A DNA stretch of 64,000 bases, filler included, from Globobulimina sp. (taxonomy: Eukaryota): assembly GCA_003354225.1 (NCBI GenBank). It is 17 parts of 17 records of this genome, joined end to end, with 100 filler letters (N's around TTAATTAATTAA, not from the genome) between each part and the next. Parts side by side here need not be neighbours in the genome. Positions count along the whole stretch, not along the records: positions 11,341 to 15,019 come from PIVH01002274.1; positions 15,120 to 18,797 come from PIVH01002275.1; positions 18,898 to 22,574 come from PIVH01002276.1; positions 22,675 to 26,351 come from PIVH01002277.1; 13 more parts are not named here. One strand, 5' to 3'. The translations under genes and the position numbers were made by a program. Below, piece by piece: positions 11,241 to 24,238 of the stretch. Each line of letters begins with the position of its first letter. The stretch's first letter is position 1. The notes below the pieces were generated by a model that was not told the origin of the DNA, made no database searches, and saw only the letters and a program-made list of their open reading frames with translations.

Positions 11241-11595
11241 NNNNNNNNNNNNNNNNNNNNNNNNNNNNNNNNNNNNNNNNNNNNTTAATTAATTAANNNN
11301 NNNNNNNNNNNNNNNNNNNNNNNNNNNNNNNNNNNNNNNNGGACTGATCAGTTTGCATCGCATTGCCATCAAATATGGTGAGAATTATAGAAGAGCACAA
11401 CAACAAATATGGTCTGTTTTGGATGATAAAAATAAAAATAAGAAAATAAAAAATAATGTGACGTCTTGCTTTGTGTTGAATGGATCCGATTAACGCTGGA
11501 CATATTATCAAAGTAGAAATTTTCTTTATACAAATGTTTTCTTAACATTTAAATCATGTCTTAATGGTGTCGCAATTGTAAACTCACAACGCAAA

Positions 11596-13802
11596 ATGTG
11601 TTTCTTCTGTTGTGATATGCTATGTTGGTTCAGTTTCATCACATGCTGCGGCTGTCGCGATATGGTAACTCGTCGCTTAGTCTTCTTCCCACCCGATCCA
11701 TATTACGACCACATCGAACCAAACGAACAATTCACTGCCTTCTATCACCGCTTAGCCTCCAAACAAGAAGTCTCCAACGACAACGACAGCGACGACAGCA
11801 AACAAGACGACGAACAAGATATCGTTCTCGAAGTAGGTACAAAAACAACCACAAAAAAGCCCAACAAACCCAAACACGACCACCATGCCATCAAAACCTC
11901 GCAACACCAAAATGAAATGGAATCGCTAAACTCCTCCGACGGCACCGGTACCGGCACCCACACCATATCCGACAGCATGCCAATCGGCATGCAAAACCCC
12001 ACCAAAATGGACAAGCACATCTTCGGCACCTTTCGCATCAAAGACGACGACGCCAACCTGGCGCAATTCTATTGGAACAACTACAACATCAAAATGCACA
12101 ACTTCGAGTCGCAATATCTGCTCACAAGGCGCGGTACCACCATCCCTTCCTATTACATCAAGCACCCTGCCACCAAATACTGCGTCCTGTTCAGCCACGG
12201 CAACGCCGCCGACATCGGTTTGATGCGCAACCATCTCTGCCGCATGTACGAGAAGTGCAAAGTGTCCATATTCGCGTACGAGTACAGCGGTTACGGCAAG
12301 TCGTCGGGCCGCGCCAGTGAGAAAAACACGTATTCGGACATAGAGACGGCGTACAAATATTGCGTCGACATCCTGCGCATCCCGGCGTGCCACATCATTC
12401 TCTACGGCCAGTCTCTGGGAACCTGCGTCTCTGTGTACCTGGCGAGCGTGTACCCGGTGGGCGGCGTCATATTGCACTCGCCGTTCATGTCAGGCCTGCG
12501 CGTCATGCAGGCGGTGGACAAAACGTATTGGTTCGATATCTATCCCGTAGTGGACCAGATCCAGCACGTTTTTGCGCCGATTTGGATCATCCACGGCCGC
12601 AAGGATAAGGAGATCGACGTGATCCACGGCAAGATATTGTCGCGCATCGCACCCAATGCGTATCAGCCATGGTTTGTGCCGTATGCCGGACACAACGACA
12701 TCGAGGTGTTGTTCCCCGACGTGCTGTTCAAGAAAATCTGCAAATTTATCAAGTATTTGAACAATTTGGAGAAGACGTATCGAAATGAGACGGTGCTGCA
12801 TGATGAGACGGAGGAGGAGGAGGAGGATGATACGATTCGGATGAATGTAGGCCATGCGATGAAGAGTGTGACTGTGACGCAGAAAATTGCGGATGAATCG
12901 ATCTCGCCGCCACCGCCGCAGTCCATTTTGACCAAATCGCAGGATCGGATGAGGCAAATTGCACTGCCAAGTTAATTACAAAAATATATGTACAGTGTCC
13001 TAGCACTCAAAAAGAGGTTTTTTTTACTGGCACTCAATGGCATGTCGGCTGTGTGAAAAGTGAGCTATGTGTTGTAATATATATGTGTTTAGGTCGCAAG
13101 TTTTCGCATACTGGCAATTCGTTGATCGATGATGATGAAAGTGTAGAGACGCCGTCATTGTCTATAAAGGATAGTAACTTTATCTCCGTTTCCATGAAAG
13201 GAGAGGAGAAGAGCGCCAATAAAGGCTATGATGTGGTATTGACGCCGACTATGCGTACCATCCATAGCCAGGAACAGTCCACCTCGGAAATGCTGGCGTT
13301 GCCCAACACGATGGATGATAGGAACGACGATGTGAGCCATACGAATACGACCATGTCCACCTTCCATTTTAGTACTATTAACAAACAGCATCGGGATAAA
13401 AATACAAAATCACGCAAAGGTGTTAAGAATGTGAGGTCTTCGCATCCGGATATTGACGAAGAGGAGAAAGGAGGCAATGGCACAGATATTGAGCTGATTG
13501 CGAGTAAGAAACGGAAAAAAAGGAAACGAAATAATCCGCAGAGACTAAATCTGCCGCAATCTGCAAATATGGTTGAAAATGTTAAGGTTTGTCATGAACG
13601 GAGGGATAAATTATTGATTGAAGATGTAAATAATGAGAGTGAGGATTCTAGCTTGGATGATGAGGTGGAGGTGGATGGAAATGAGAATGTGGAAGGTGGG
13701 GATGGGCATAGTTTGAGTTCTGATGATATTGCATTGGAACAAAATGTGAATACGAGTAATAAAAAAAATATAAAGAAAGGTACAAACAAGCAAAATGTGT
13801 GA
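11596..13802 (+). CDS. ABHD17: ABHD17-like alpha/beta hydrolase (depalmitoylase) with long acidic C-terminal tail; intron 12971-13092
   Basis: Cys-rich N-terminus, LVFFPPDP, LFSHGNAADIG, YEYSGYG, YGQSLG nucleophile, IHGRKDKEI and AGHNDIE. The intron joins ORF 13053-13802 in frame. Confidence 0.9.
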
Positions 13803-13968
13803 CTTTTTGAATTTTATTTCAACTCTTTTTCAGTTTTTCTTTCCGTGATCCACGACCATTGCATGATTATTCATTTTTTTTTGTTTTGACAAAGTTACAT
13901 TGGGTTTTACGTAACGTTTTATATAATCTCTAGCTTTTTTAACTTTAGATTTTAGAATAAAAAGCATA

Positions 13969-14807
13969 ATGTCAACTAGATCGAGAAGAAAGAGGATTAG
14001 AGAAGAAAGTGACGAGGAGAGTGAATATGTAGAATCAAATGAAGACGAAGAGAGTGAAGATGAAGAGAGTGAAGATTACCATTTATATGCAGCACCACCT
14101 AAAAAAAGACAACGTCGATCTCCCCGGTTTGATAATTAAATATAGTGTTTTTGTGTTGTATCATATATTTATACAGACAACGAAATACAAAGAAGAAACA
14201 AGCCGAAAGAGATGAAGATGAAGAGAGTGACATTGAAAATACGAATACATCAAATAATTCAAATAGAAAAATGAAAAAATTAATGCAAGAAAATATGACA
14301 TTGAAGCAAGAAAATAAATTACTTAAACAAGAGATAAAATCATTAAAATCAAGCAAAACCGCAAAAAAATCCGAAGTAAATGGAAAAAAAATGTTTGCTG
14401 CATTTGGAAAATCATTGAAACGAATTGCAAAATTGAAAAAAACAAGATTTTATGACGATGATTCAACCATCACAGTGGAACAAATTATTGACAAAGATGG
14501 TTTTGCACAATTATTTGATGGGAAAGGTGATAAAATCCAGCCATTACCAGATTGTAAACCAAGATCTGTTAAAACAATCATTGAGTTTGATTCATGGAAT
14601 GAAGTGAAGAAATTATTTAGTGATTATTCGGTTACATTAAATCGTGAAATTGAGGTTTCATTATGGCAGCAAGGTGGTATTTTTAGTGGGAAATCGCGTT
14701 TTCTTCGAAAAGATAAAGCAAACGTTGATTCACTCACTGTTGAATACAATAAATCATCTCAACAATTAAAATTAAATTTTGATGCATCACGAATGTCATT
14801 TTATTGA
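13969..14807 (+). CDS. Hypothetical nuclear protein (basic/acidic N-terminus, coiled coil); intron 14127-14176
   Basis: ATG at 13969 (MSTRSRRKRIREESDEE). A GT-AG intron restores the frame into ORF 14145-14807. Confidence 0.7.
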
Positions 14808-15119
14808 TTATTTTATACCATGATACAGATGTTTTTCATTTTTGTTTGACGAGATAATATTTTGCTGAGGCCCCTCTGGATTTACTCATCAGCGAAGAAT
14901 TCTTGAGACATCGCCTTAACTATGAGTTTTGACACATAAATAAATTGTAAATGTACAGTTTGCACTCACTTTACAACCCAATGCAACTATACTTTGCATA
15001 AATTACATACAAAAAATTANNNNNNNNNNNNNNNNNNNNNNNNNNNNNNNNNNNNNNNNNNNNTTAATTAATTAANNNNNNNNNNNNNNNNNNNNNNNNN
15101 NNNNNNNNNNNNNNNNNNN

Positions 15120-16149
15120 GGTGGTGCCATGAACTCAATTTCATTAAATTTTGCATCTCTATCTATTACAGCACCAATTAGTTCTGTCAGACTCGCTGGT
15201 TTGGCCATTTTATCCTATTTCATTTTAAAGGAAAAAATAACAGCAAAAGATGTCGTTGCTATCCTGCTCATTATTGTTGGCATTGTGCTGGTTGTCTCAT
15301 TTGGACCATCCACCGAAGCAGATATTACCATCCATGATTTACGAGAATATTTTAAAGGAATTCCATATATTATCACTGTGATACTTCTTACCGGTACTCT
15401 CCATCATAAATATACTATCAATTTTGTAATTTTATTGCAAATATACAGTTATAACTATTGCAGATTTTGTAATTGTGAAATTTGTGGAGAAGAAGAACTT
15501 TCAAAGTGACAATAACAAAGAAATAAGCTATGGTAAATATGTGTTGTTGTTCTCGTATGTGTGGATTGGATGTTATTTTGCAACGAATAACGTTTTATTT
15601 ATTAAAGCAGCGGTTTCCATTCTTATCTCTTCATTTAAATCTTCTGAGGACGCAAAACAAAATTGGACAGATTTTGTAACGTATATTATTTATGTATTGG
15701 CGGCGGTGTGTATGTTTTTGATGGAATATTTTCGACAAAAAGCATTATCTCATTTTGGAGCATTATATGTTGTGCCTGCATTCGGTGTAATATCTATTAT
15801 TTTAACCGCTCTTCTTGGAATGATATTTTTTGAAGAATTTGGATCTTTCACTGTTTTGAGTGCATCCATTTTTGTTTTGGGTATTATTATTACAATGGTC
15901 GGTGTTGTGGTGTTGAGTTTTGATGTCGCAAAGTTATGGACAGAATTATATGATACGTATATTAAAGTGGCGTTCATTGAATATGAGGATGCTGAACTCA
16001 AATATGCGCAAACTATTTGTGAACCAGGGCCAACAGCTGAATATTTTCAACATTATTTCTTGAAAAAACCGGCTTTTTTTGTTAATGAAAAAGTTTATCC
16101 TGTTCAAGATCGGGCAAATGGAGACAGAACACAAAATGCGGAATTATAA
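15120..16149 (+). CDS. NIPA-family (DMT superfamily) Mg2+ transporter-like protein, 5' partial; intron 15394-15448
   Basis: FASLSITAPISSV, ILKEKIT, VVSFGP, QKALSHFGALYVVP and GMIFFEEF. Confidence 0.85.
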
Positions 16150-16337
16150 CTATTTATAAGTATCTCTATGTTCGTTTTTTATTGTGCGTGTATTTTCGTT
16201 TTTTGTTGTCATAATATATTTTTACTGCGAGCTTTCAAAAGATAACAATCCCTTATTTTAATTGTTTCGTCATCAAACCTTCCCACCTCACTGACTCTGA
16301 TTGTTTTCAAATTTCAATTCGAAAAAGTTTATGAACA

Positions 16338-18797
16338 ATGTCACGAACCTCGCCGACAATATTATTATCATACACACTATTAACATTCCTATGTATCCAC
16401 CACAGCCACTCTCAATGTTCCAATCTAAACGCTGACAGTGCAACATGTCAATCCGATGGGTATTGTCTTTTAAATACCGACACTGAGTGTGTTTGTGGTC
16501 AAACATCATGGAATCAAGACATAGCTTTCATATTTGATTCGTCAATGTCTCCTCTTGAATGGATATATTCACGCGAATTTGCACGAGATTTATTATATTA
16601 CGCCTCACCATCTAGAACCACTACACGTGCCGCAATATTACAAACCGGTGATGGTTCGCCCACATCCACAATAACAGTGCCATTCACTCAGCAAACATTA
16701 AATATAACCATCGATTCCACACTACCTACACTCTTCCAATCATTTACAAACAAGTTTTATCTCCAAATCTCATTACAAAACGCATTGGATTTATTTACCT
16801 CATCATCCAACAACAACACACGCAAAGTTTTAATAATATTTGCGAGCCAACAATTCGCTCAAACGGCATGCAAAATAAATATGAGAGCCAATGGTTTGTT
16901 TCACGCAAAATCGCAGATATAATATATGTGTACACACAAAAACAATAAATATGCAGAAATATTTACGTATACACTAGCTATTGGTGGATGGGACAGTTAT
17001 CCATTGATTTGCGTTGGTTCTTCGCAGAATAATTATCAAGGATTACAAACCGTAAATAATGCGGAATTCCTAAGGGACACTCTTTTAACTACAATGGAAG
17101 GCATTGTATGCCCACGTTTAGTTTGACCGAAAAACGTTTTTGTACATTGCACACACTCTGAAAACGCATATATATACATATACAGATGAACCATTGTTAA
17201 AATTGACAGAGATTCAATTGGGTGGCTCGCCCAGCAGTCAATACATCGAATTATATAATTACGGACACGATATCTCAGACATGTCCTCCATCCAATTAAG
17301 TGGCATTGGATCGGGAGCATTGAATCCGGCGTCGTTAAGCCAAGGTAGCTATGCAGTGATATATAACACAGACACCGCACAAATGGCAAAAGCAGAAATC
17401 CCAAACTGTGCAAATTGTGCATGTGACGAAGATGCATCAACGGCGGCCACGGGCGGCATAAAATGGTGCGCAAATGTTGTATATTATGGATGTTGTGTAG
17501 GTAATGGATGTAATAATTTATACTCGTTTGAAAGTACGGTGTCGGACTGCGTATTTGATAATGGATTGTCAATGACATCGTTTACAATTGGACTTATATG
17601 GACAAATCCAAATAATGCACAACAAATTACAGTGCAATCATTAACATTCGATACGGATAAACAATGGCCTGTAGTTGCTACGGATTATGCATTGGAATTA
17701 AAGAACAAAGGCTTCAATAATGAGTTTGGAGCTTCCTGGGCCATGTCGTGTGACACAGGGTATGTTTACATACATGGAGTGCGACTGTGAGCTAATTATA
17801 ATTTATGAACACATTTTAGTACGCCCGGCGATGACTATCTATCAGCAAACTGTTCCTTTGATTGTACGCCGGCACCGACCGGACAAGGATATGCGTTGTG
17901 CGATTTAAATGGCGGTGGTCATTATGATATAACTGATGACGAACCGGGTTGTGTTGCAAGCACTGGATCGTGTTCCTGCGAAACGGGATATTATGCACAT
18001 TATCATACATGTTTACCGTTGCCGGGACCTACTAATTGCACATCGGAAGTAATTACTTTATCTGCGTCGAGTGCCTCTTTTCTCGTTACTGAATGGGATG
18101 GTGACGAGACTTACAATTATTTCCATTGTGAGTCGTACCCTGAATCGTGTGTTGGTGGCGTACAATATTCGTCATCTCCCACCTCATTATTAAACCCCAT
18201 CGTGTATGATCCAGGTCTGTCAAGCTGACATCATTTCACTTTACACTTAAGATTTAACTGTGACTCACTTAAAAAAAAACCTTCAATGTCATGCCATGTG
18301 CACAGGTCGAGAAGACAATGCGACAATGTTTACATTATCAGCAATCGGAACTGGCGGAGAGAAATGGTTCTCACAACGAGCAGAATGTACGTATGTGACT
18401 GGTAACCCAACGGCAGACCCGACACCGTCACCCACCATGTCAGTGCCTCTCGTGCCATCATGCATCATCACCTTATCCGCAGATCTATACTCCTTTGATA
18501 TCCAATGGCAAGCTATCGACCATGTAAACACGTCTGCAGTCGATCGATTTGATGGCTATGTGTATTATTTTAACGATATTCGACGCTCCATTGCTGCGCC
18601 ATGCTGTCAATTAAACAGCGAAACCCCGCCTGGATCAAAAATATTCAACTTATCCTTACCAGATACGGTCTCAGTTTCAGGTGACTGGGATTCCATATTA
18701 ACCGATGTCACGTCGCTAGAAGAACTATTAAGTGCCACCTTATGCACAGTGGCCACACAAATACCTACAACCACTCCCACCACCCATCCCACGCAAA
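16338..18797 (+). CDS. Secreted/surface multidomain protein (signal peptide, vWA-like domain, lamin-tail-like domain, Cys-rich and PT-rich repeats), multi-exon, 3' partial
   Basis: Hydrophobic N-terminus, DIAFIFDSSMS..RKVLIIF (vWA-like), LTEI..QYIELYN (LTD-like) and PTxxPT repeats. The ORFs can be joined by short GT-AG introns, e.g. 16894-16956. Confidence 0.7.
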
Positions 18798-18897
18798 NNN
18801 NNNNNNNNNNNNNNNNNNNNNNNNNNNNNNNNNNNNNNNNNTTAATTAATTAANNNNNNNNNNNNNNNNNNNNNNNNNNNNNNNNNNNNNNNNNNNN

Positions 18898-19268
18898 GTT
18901 ATGGGTTCATTTAATTTGCTTTTTGTATTTAAACATTGATTCAATTTAATTTCAATTGAATCCACGACTTTTTGTGTGGTGGTTTTCTTTTTCTTTTTTT
19001 CCGTTTTTTGTGAATGCCCATTTCGATGATTGTTGTTATTTGAAATATTTTTCGTAGTATTTGTATTATTTAAAGCTATAATTTTTGAGGAAACGGATGC
19101 AATTTCTGGACTTGAATGCGATGTTGAAAGTTCAATATATTCCATAATCACATTTTCCATCTTTTTTCCAGATACTTTTTCTTGATATAGTTGCTTAATA
19201 ATTGTTAATAATTTGTCATTATTTCCCGTAAATGCTGCCTTTAGCATGCATGCTTTCATAGAGTCCAT
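18898..19268 (-). CDS. Hypothetical protein, 3' partial
   Basis: ATG-initiated ORF that runs into the contig end and is divergent from the 19340 gene. Confidence 0.5.
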
Positions 19269-19339
19269 TGTTAAAGAGTTGAGTTGAAAATGAAAGAAGT
19301 TTTTTGAAATTATTAAAATAGACTGAATTTATAAATGCA

Positions 19340-21182
19340 ATGCAAGACAAAACAGGAAGTTCAATATCCAAATCAACAATAAATAGCTTTCCAATTGAAT
19401 TGAATGTCAAAATTGTACAAATAACCTGTTCAACGTTATGTAATGGAAGTTTATTTATTTCATGCATTTTATTTTTAAGTGACATTATATTTGAATATTT
19501 TATGATACTCCAATGGATAAATAACGAATATTATATCTCAATAATAACATTATGTTTTTTTATCTTTCTGTCCAATTTATGTAATTTAGTTCAATGGTAT
19601 TCATTTAACCATTATACAACATTTAAATGCTGCCATTTGATAATCCCATTTGCTTTAATTGGACTATTACCATTACTGAGTATAATTTATTATCTTTGTC
19701 ATTTACAAACATCTTTCTGCATTTGTGCGAGGATGGGAATGTTTAACAAAGACTATATTTCATCCAAATCAATGCCTAACAATCGCAATATATCTGAAAG
19801 ATTATTACCACCGCAACCATCACCAATATCTGTCATATCATCCATTGAATATAATAAACAAAAAGAAATGAGTATATTTGCGCAGTTATTGTCAAATATC
19901 ACACAACTATTATGTCTGCAGGCATTTATAAGGTATGTATTATGCATAAATATATATATAATGTTGCAATACAAATGTGTGTATAACTAAATATAGGATT
20001 GTTCCGTTTATATGTATTGAATTATTTGTGTTTATAACATACAAATTGCAGCCAACCAGTTGGTTTTTGACAGGTTTGGATAACAAAAATCTGAGTAACA
20101 TGCATATACATATAAACATTCCAAACGAATGGCATTTTCTATTAATAAGCGATTTGGATATTTACTATTTGATATCCATAACCATCTCATTGCTCACTTA
20201 TGCATTTATTACGCTCACTTATTTGGATTCACTCGAAAATTGGCAAAGATACTATTTCTCCAACACACTCAACAAATGTTTGCACCTTTTCCATGTCACA
20301 TTTATTTCCTGCGACTGTATTCTACGGACAATGCCAATAATTTTATCATTGCAATGTGCCACAATTAAGTGGTACTATGTACTGTTTGGGTTACAAATGA
20401 TATGGTATTCCGAGGTCATAATTTGGTATCAAATATATCAGTATTTCCCAGATTTCCCAATGCGAAAAATATACCCATTCACTTATAACTCTTTAAATCA
20501 GCGATATTTGTCAACAATGTTATATTCAACACAGATCAGTCAAATTGCGATGCAAACACAGCATTATGAATCAGTTAAATAACTATTTCAAAAATCATTT
20601 ATTGTTTGTAACAGTTTTTGATAAAATATTCAGCAAAAACAATATCAGCACCCGCAATATCTTGCAAATGCGTCATCAAACTCATCAAACATTATTGTGT
20701 TGTCACCGGTATCTGCCTCAAGTGATTTATATATTGATATGGATCCACATGTAAGTCAACAAAATGAAGAGAAGGAAGTGAGGGAAGAAAGAGAATGGGT
20801 TCCAAAGTCTGATGTAGAGCCAAAATGGGGACTGGTTCATCAAGAATATGTTGCTCTATTTTATGGCTTGTTGGGTGGTACATTGCTATCTGTGTCTGGA
20901 TGGTTGATTGGGCGTACATTGCGACACTGTGTTATGACTAGACAGTACAGGCTGTGTATGGCAGAATTAATGTTTAGATATGCATTTAGTGTCATATTAA
21001 TGCTTATTTATTGTAACGAATATCATTTAAAATTGTCTAAATATAAAGACATTGATAGTAATTACTGGATATGGATGTTTGTTGGATGTATGTTATATAT
21101 TATGCTTTATATTGCGACGATTCATTTAATATTTAAACCACAATCGCGGAGACGGAGATTGAGGCTAATACTCGAAACCTAA
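19340..21182 (+). CDS. XK-related (scramblase-like) polytopic membrane protein; introns ~19933-19997 and 20574-20633
   Basis: Multiple TMs. LFLSDIIFEY and LQAFIR-IVPFICIELFVF resemble the XK D..D and E.FLES.PQL.LQ motifs. The introns restore the frame. Confidence 0.55.
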
Positions 21183-21511
21183 TTTGTAATTTTGTTTTTC
21201 TTGAATTAAAATTTAAGTGTATTGTTGTGGTCGCACTTTTAGTATCTATATGTAGGTGAAAAAAACTTTAAAAAACTTAGTAAACCTGAAAAGTCAAAGA
21301 AGTGCCTGTGAACCTAAAAAGTCAAATGGATACTTTTTCTAAAAATGTGCGGTGAACAATTAAATAATAACGATTTCAGATAAAAATATAGTATACAAAT
21401 ATAATGTACACAAATATAAAGATTTATATTATTAAAACACAACAAAATAAAACGAATGAGATCACCAGAAAACACAGCAATATCATTCATCTTCACGTTT
21501 CTTTATTTATT

Positions 21512-22348
21512 TTATTTATATCTTAGCTTTGTCAATGATTGCGAGAATCTCTTTGCTTGACTTGGTTTAATATTCTTCATTTTTGGTTTAATCTTTGGTT
21601 TATTATCTTGTATTATAAACCAGTTATGTTCTAATGTTTGTTTTGCTGTTAAACGTTTCCTTGGATCAGCTTCCAATAACTTTTTAACTAAATCTTTTCC
21701 TAAATATTTTTACAAATCACATAATTACAAAAACACATTATTTTAGCAACGAAAATAGAGAAACCTACCGCTCTTTGATATATTATGGTATTTCAATGAT
21801 GACATATCATACTCTGCGCGTATTACTTTCCGGTATAATCGTTTAAGATTTTTATCATTAAATGGAAGGAAACCACATAACCTATTTCAACATATATCGC
21901 TGTTCTCGCATCGATCCAAAAAAATATATTCAGAATTTTAACAATTAAGCATACATTACGAATAAAATAACGCCAATGGACCACATATCACTTGGTGTTC
22001 CACACTGTCTTCCTTTCAATATTTCAGGCGCAGAATATTGAGGCGTACCACATTGAGTTTTTAATGCTCCATTTTTGCAGCTATGCGCAAACCCGAAATC
22101 TATTAATTTGACAGTAGATGAAACGTCTTTGGTTACAAATAAAACGTTTTCCAGCTTGATATCTCTGTGAACGATGTATTTATTATGTAAATACTTCAAT
22201 GCTTCCACCATCTCAGTGAACGTTTTGCGGGCTTCATTTTCGGAAAAAAAACGTTTTTCATTGATACGATTGAACAGAGTGCCACCGCGAAAAAAATCAA
22301 TTACTAAACATATTTTGGAACCGGAATAAAACACATCATATAATGTTA
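21512..22348 (-). CDS. CaMK-group Ser/Thr protein kinase, 5' partial, multi-exon
   Basis: HRDIKLEN, DFG, CGTPQYSAPE and DMWSIGV. Further exons give LCGFLPF and KDLVKKLLEADPRKRLTAKQTLEHNW. Confidence 0.9.
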
Positions 22349-22392
22349 CTATTCAAAGTTTACACCTAACTAGAGCACTCTCAACTCCGAAC

Positions 22393-22447
22393 TCTCAACT
22401 CTGTTACCATGAATGTGGTAACATAGTTGAAAGTAACAGAGTTGAGA
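22393..22447. repeat. 15-bp perfect inverted repeat (TCTCAACTCTGTTAC / GTAACAGAGTTGAGA) with partial extra arms
   Basis: Arms at 22393-22407 and 22433-22447, with degenerate copies at ~22377 and ~22417. Confidence 0.8.
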
Positions 22448-22843
22448 ATTAATCTCTTATCATACACTACAGCATCACACAGTTCTCTATTATAACACAA
22501 CCAGTGGTTTCCCGCCAAATTACAATCTACATTTGCAACTGCATTGAGCGGTATTAAGAAATGACAATTACAACNNNNNNNNNNNNNNNNNNNNNNNNNN
22601 NNNNNNNNNNNNNNNNNNTTAATTAATTAANNNNNNNNNNNNNNNNNNNNNNNNNNNNNNNNNNNNNNNNNNNNAACATTGTAAGTAACGATATTAAAAC
22701 TAGACCTAAAATCACAAAACAATCACAAATTACATCAAAAAAGCAGCAAAAAGAATCGTATTTACAAAACACAAAGGTAACACACAAAACATACAAAAAT
22801 CAAACAAACGTAATAAAAACACACAAAAAACGTAATAGATTTG

Positions 22844-24037
22844 TCAATTTGAAGAAAGTTGTGGTGTTTGATACAGCTTTATTTTCCTCAAATACCAATC
22901 ATGAATCATTTTGGAATGTTTAGATTTAGTCATATTTCCATTAAGAGCATAATAGTATCCCATTGCAGTGTTACATTCTACGATGATCCATTCACCATTC
23001 GATACCTTTGTCACATCCCAACCAATTCCTACAAATTTAACTAAATATTTGTGATGCAAATTAGTCACGTATTCTGCAAATTCAGTCAATCCATCCACTT
23101 CAAATGAAAATGCATCCTTTGGTAATCTTGAATAGTTATGTGTGGGATAGAGCATGTTGCATTTTCGAAATATTCTGCCATCACAATAATATAATTGATG
23201 AAAATTTGGATTTGAAGACAATATGTTGTCCGTCAAAGTTTCTTCATTCATATCACATTTAAAAAACACTTCAGATTTTAGATTGAGTTCTTGTGCAAAT
23301 GAAACAATCCGAAAGGTGCACAATGTCTTCTCATTCTTTGTCATATTTGTTATTGATTCGTGATTCGTCAATCTTGGTTGAATGACTACGTTTGGAATCT
23401 GTGACAAATATTTGTGTGGTGTGTTTGTTAATTGAATGTCGTATCCTCCAAACCCATTGCTGTCCTTGATAATATACTCTGGATTGGAATTCGAAGCATT
23501 ATTTAATTCATTTTCTGTCATGAAACATTTTATTGTTGGAATCGAATGCTTTTCACAAAATTGATAAAATAAATGTTTATTTGCCAAACTCTCCCCGCAG
23601 CTTCCAAAAATATCAAACATAAAAAATTCAAATGCTGTGGATATAGGCCAGTTTGTGAAAAAAAAATCTAATGTTTTGTAAGCTTCCATTGCTTTGATGT
23701 TATCGCAATATTTGATCAGGTCTGGATTTTCAATCAATTCATAATAGACATGATTGATGAATGTGCCTAATAAGACTGCAACAAATGGTAATAAAACAAC
23801 AATAATAATTAGCGACCATCTAGTACACAAGAAATATTTCAAAATCCAAGGTTGTTGTTTTAACAAATCTGTTAACATAAATTTTACGGTTTCTTTGTGC
23901 ACTGTCACTGGCTCATTCCACAACCTGAAATGCTGATAAACAGACCAATGAAATAAATCCACCTTGTTTTGGGGTAGTTTCTGTTCCCAAAATATGCTAA
24001 AAAATGATTGATAATATGCAAGTACTGAACGAATCAT
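22844..24037 (-). CDS. ATP-grasp ligase resembling the sugar-transfer-associated (ATPgrasp_ST / alpha-L-glutamate ligase-related) family, with an N-terminal TM helix
   Basis: NKHLFYQFCEKHSIPT, YIIKDSNGFGGYDI, VIQPRLTNH, TLCTFRIVS and IGWDV......IIVECN. Intronless. Confidence 0.75.
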   Translation of the reverse strand: MIRSVLAYYQSFFSIFWEQKLPQNKVDLFHWSVYQHFRLWNEPVTVHKETVKFMLTDLLKQQPWILKYFLCTRWSLIIIVVLLPFVAVLLGTFINHVYYELIENPDLIKYCDNIKAMEAYKTLDFFFTNWPISTAFEFFMFDIFGSCGESLANKHLFYQFCEKHSIPTIKCFMTENELNNASNSNPEYIIKDSNGFGGYDIQLTNTPHKYLSQIPNVVIQPRLTNHESITNMTKNEKTLCTFRIVSFAQELNLKSEVFFKCDMNEETLTDNILSSNPNFHQLYYCDGRIFRKCNMLYPTHNYSRLPKDAFSFEVDGLTEFAEYVTNLHHKYLVKFVGIGWDVTKVSNGEWIIVECNTAMGYYYALNGNMTKSKHSKMIHDWYLRKIKLYQTPQLSSN

Positions 24038-24238
24038 GTTTTCTCAATTTCAATTAGAAGACAAATGTTTTCTTTTAGTTGAATAATTACTGAATTCAAA
24101 AACGTTGTTTTTATTGACAATTATATTGAATTATACACGGACATATCATGTAGCTGTATGTAATCACACAAATTTATATATTAATTATCATAATTCATAA
24201 CTTTCAGAAAAATTCAACTCTTGCAAGTCTTTACAATA

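Noticed and set aside
11622-13006. Many overlapping antisense and alternate-frame ORFs over ABHD17 (also over SEC63, the Helitron and the AAA ATPase)
   Set aside because: These are expected shadows of GC-richer or low-complexity coding sequence and show no recognisable motifs.
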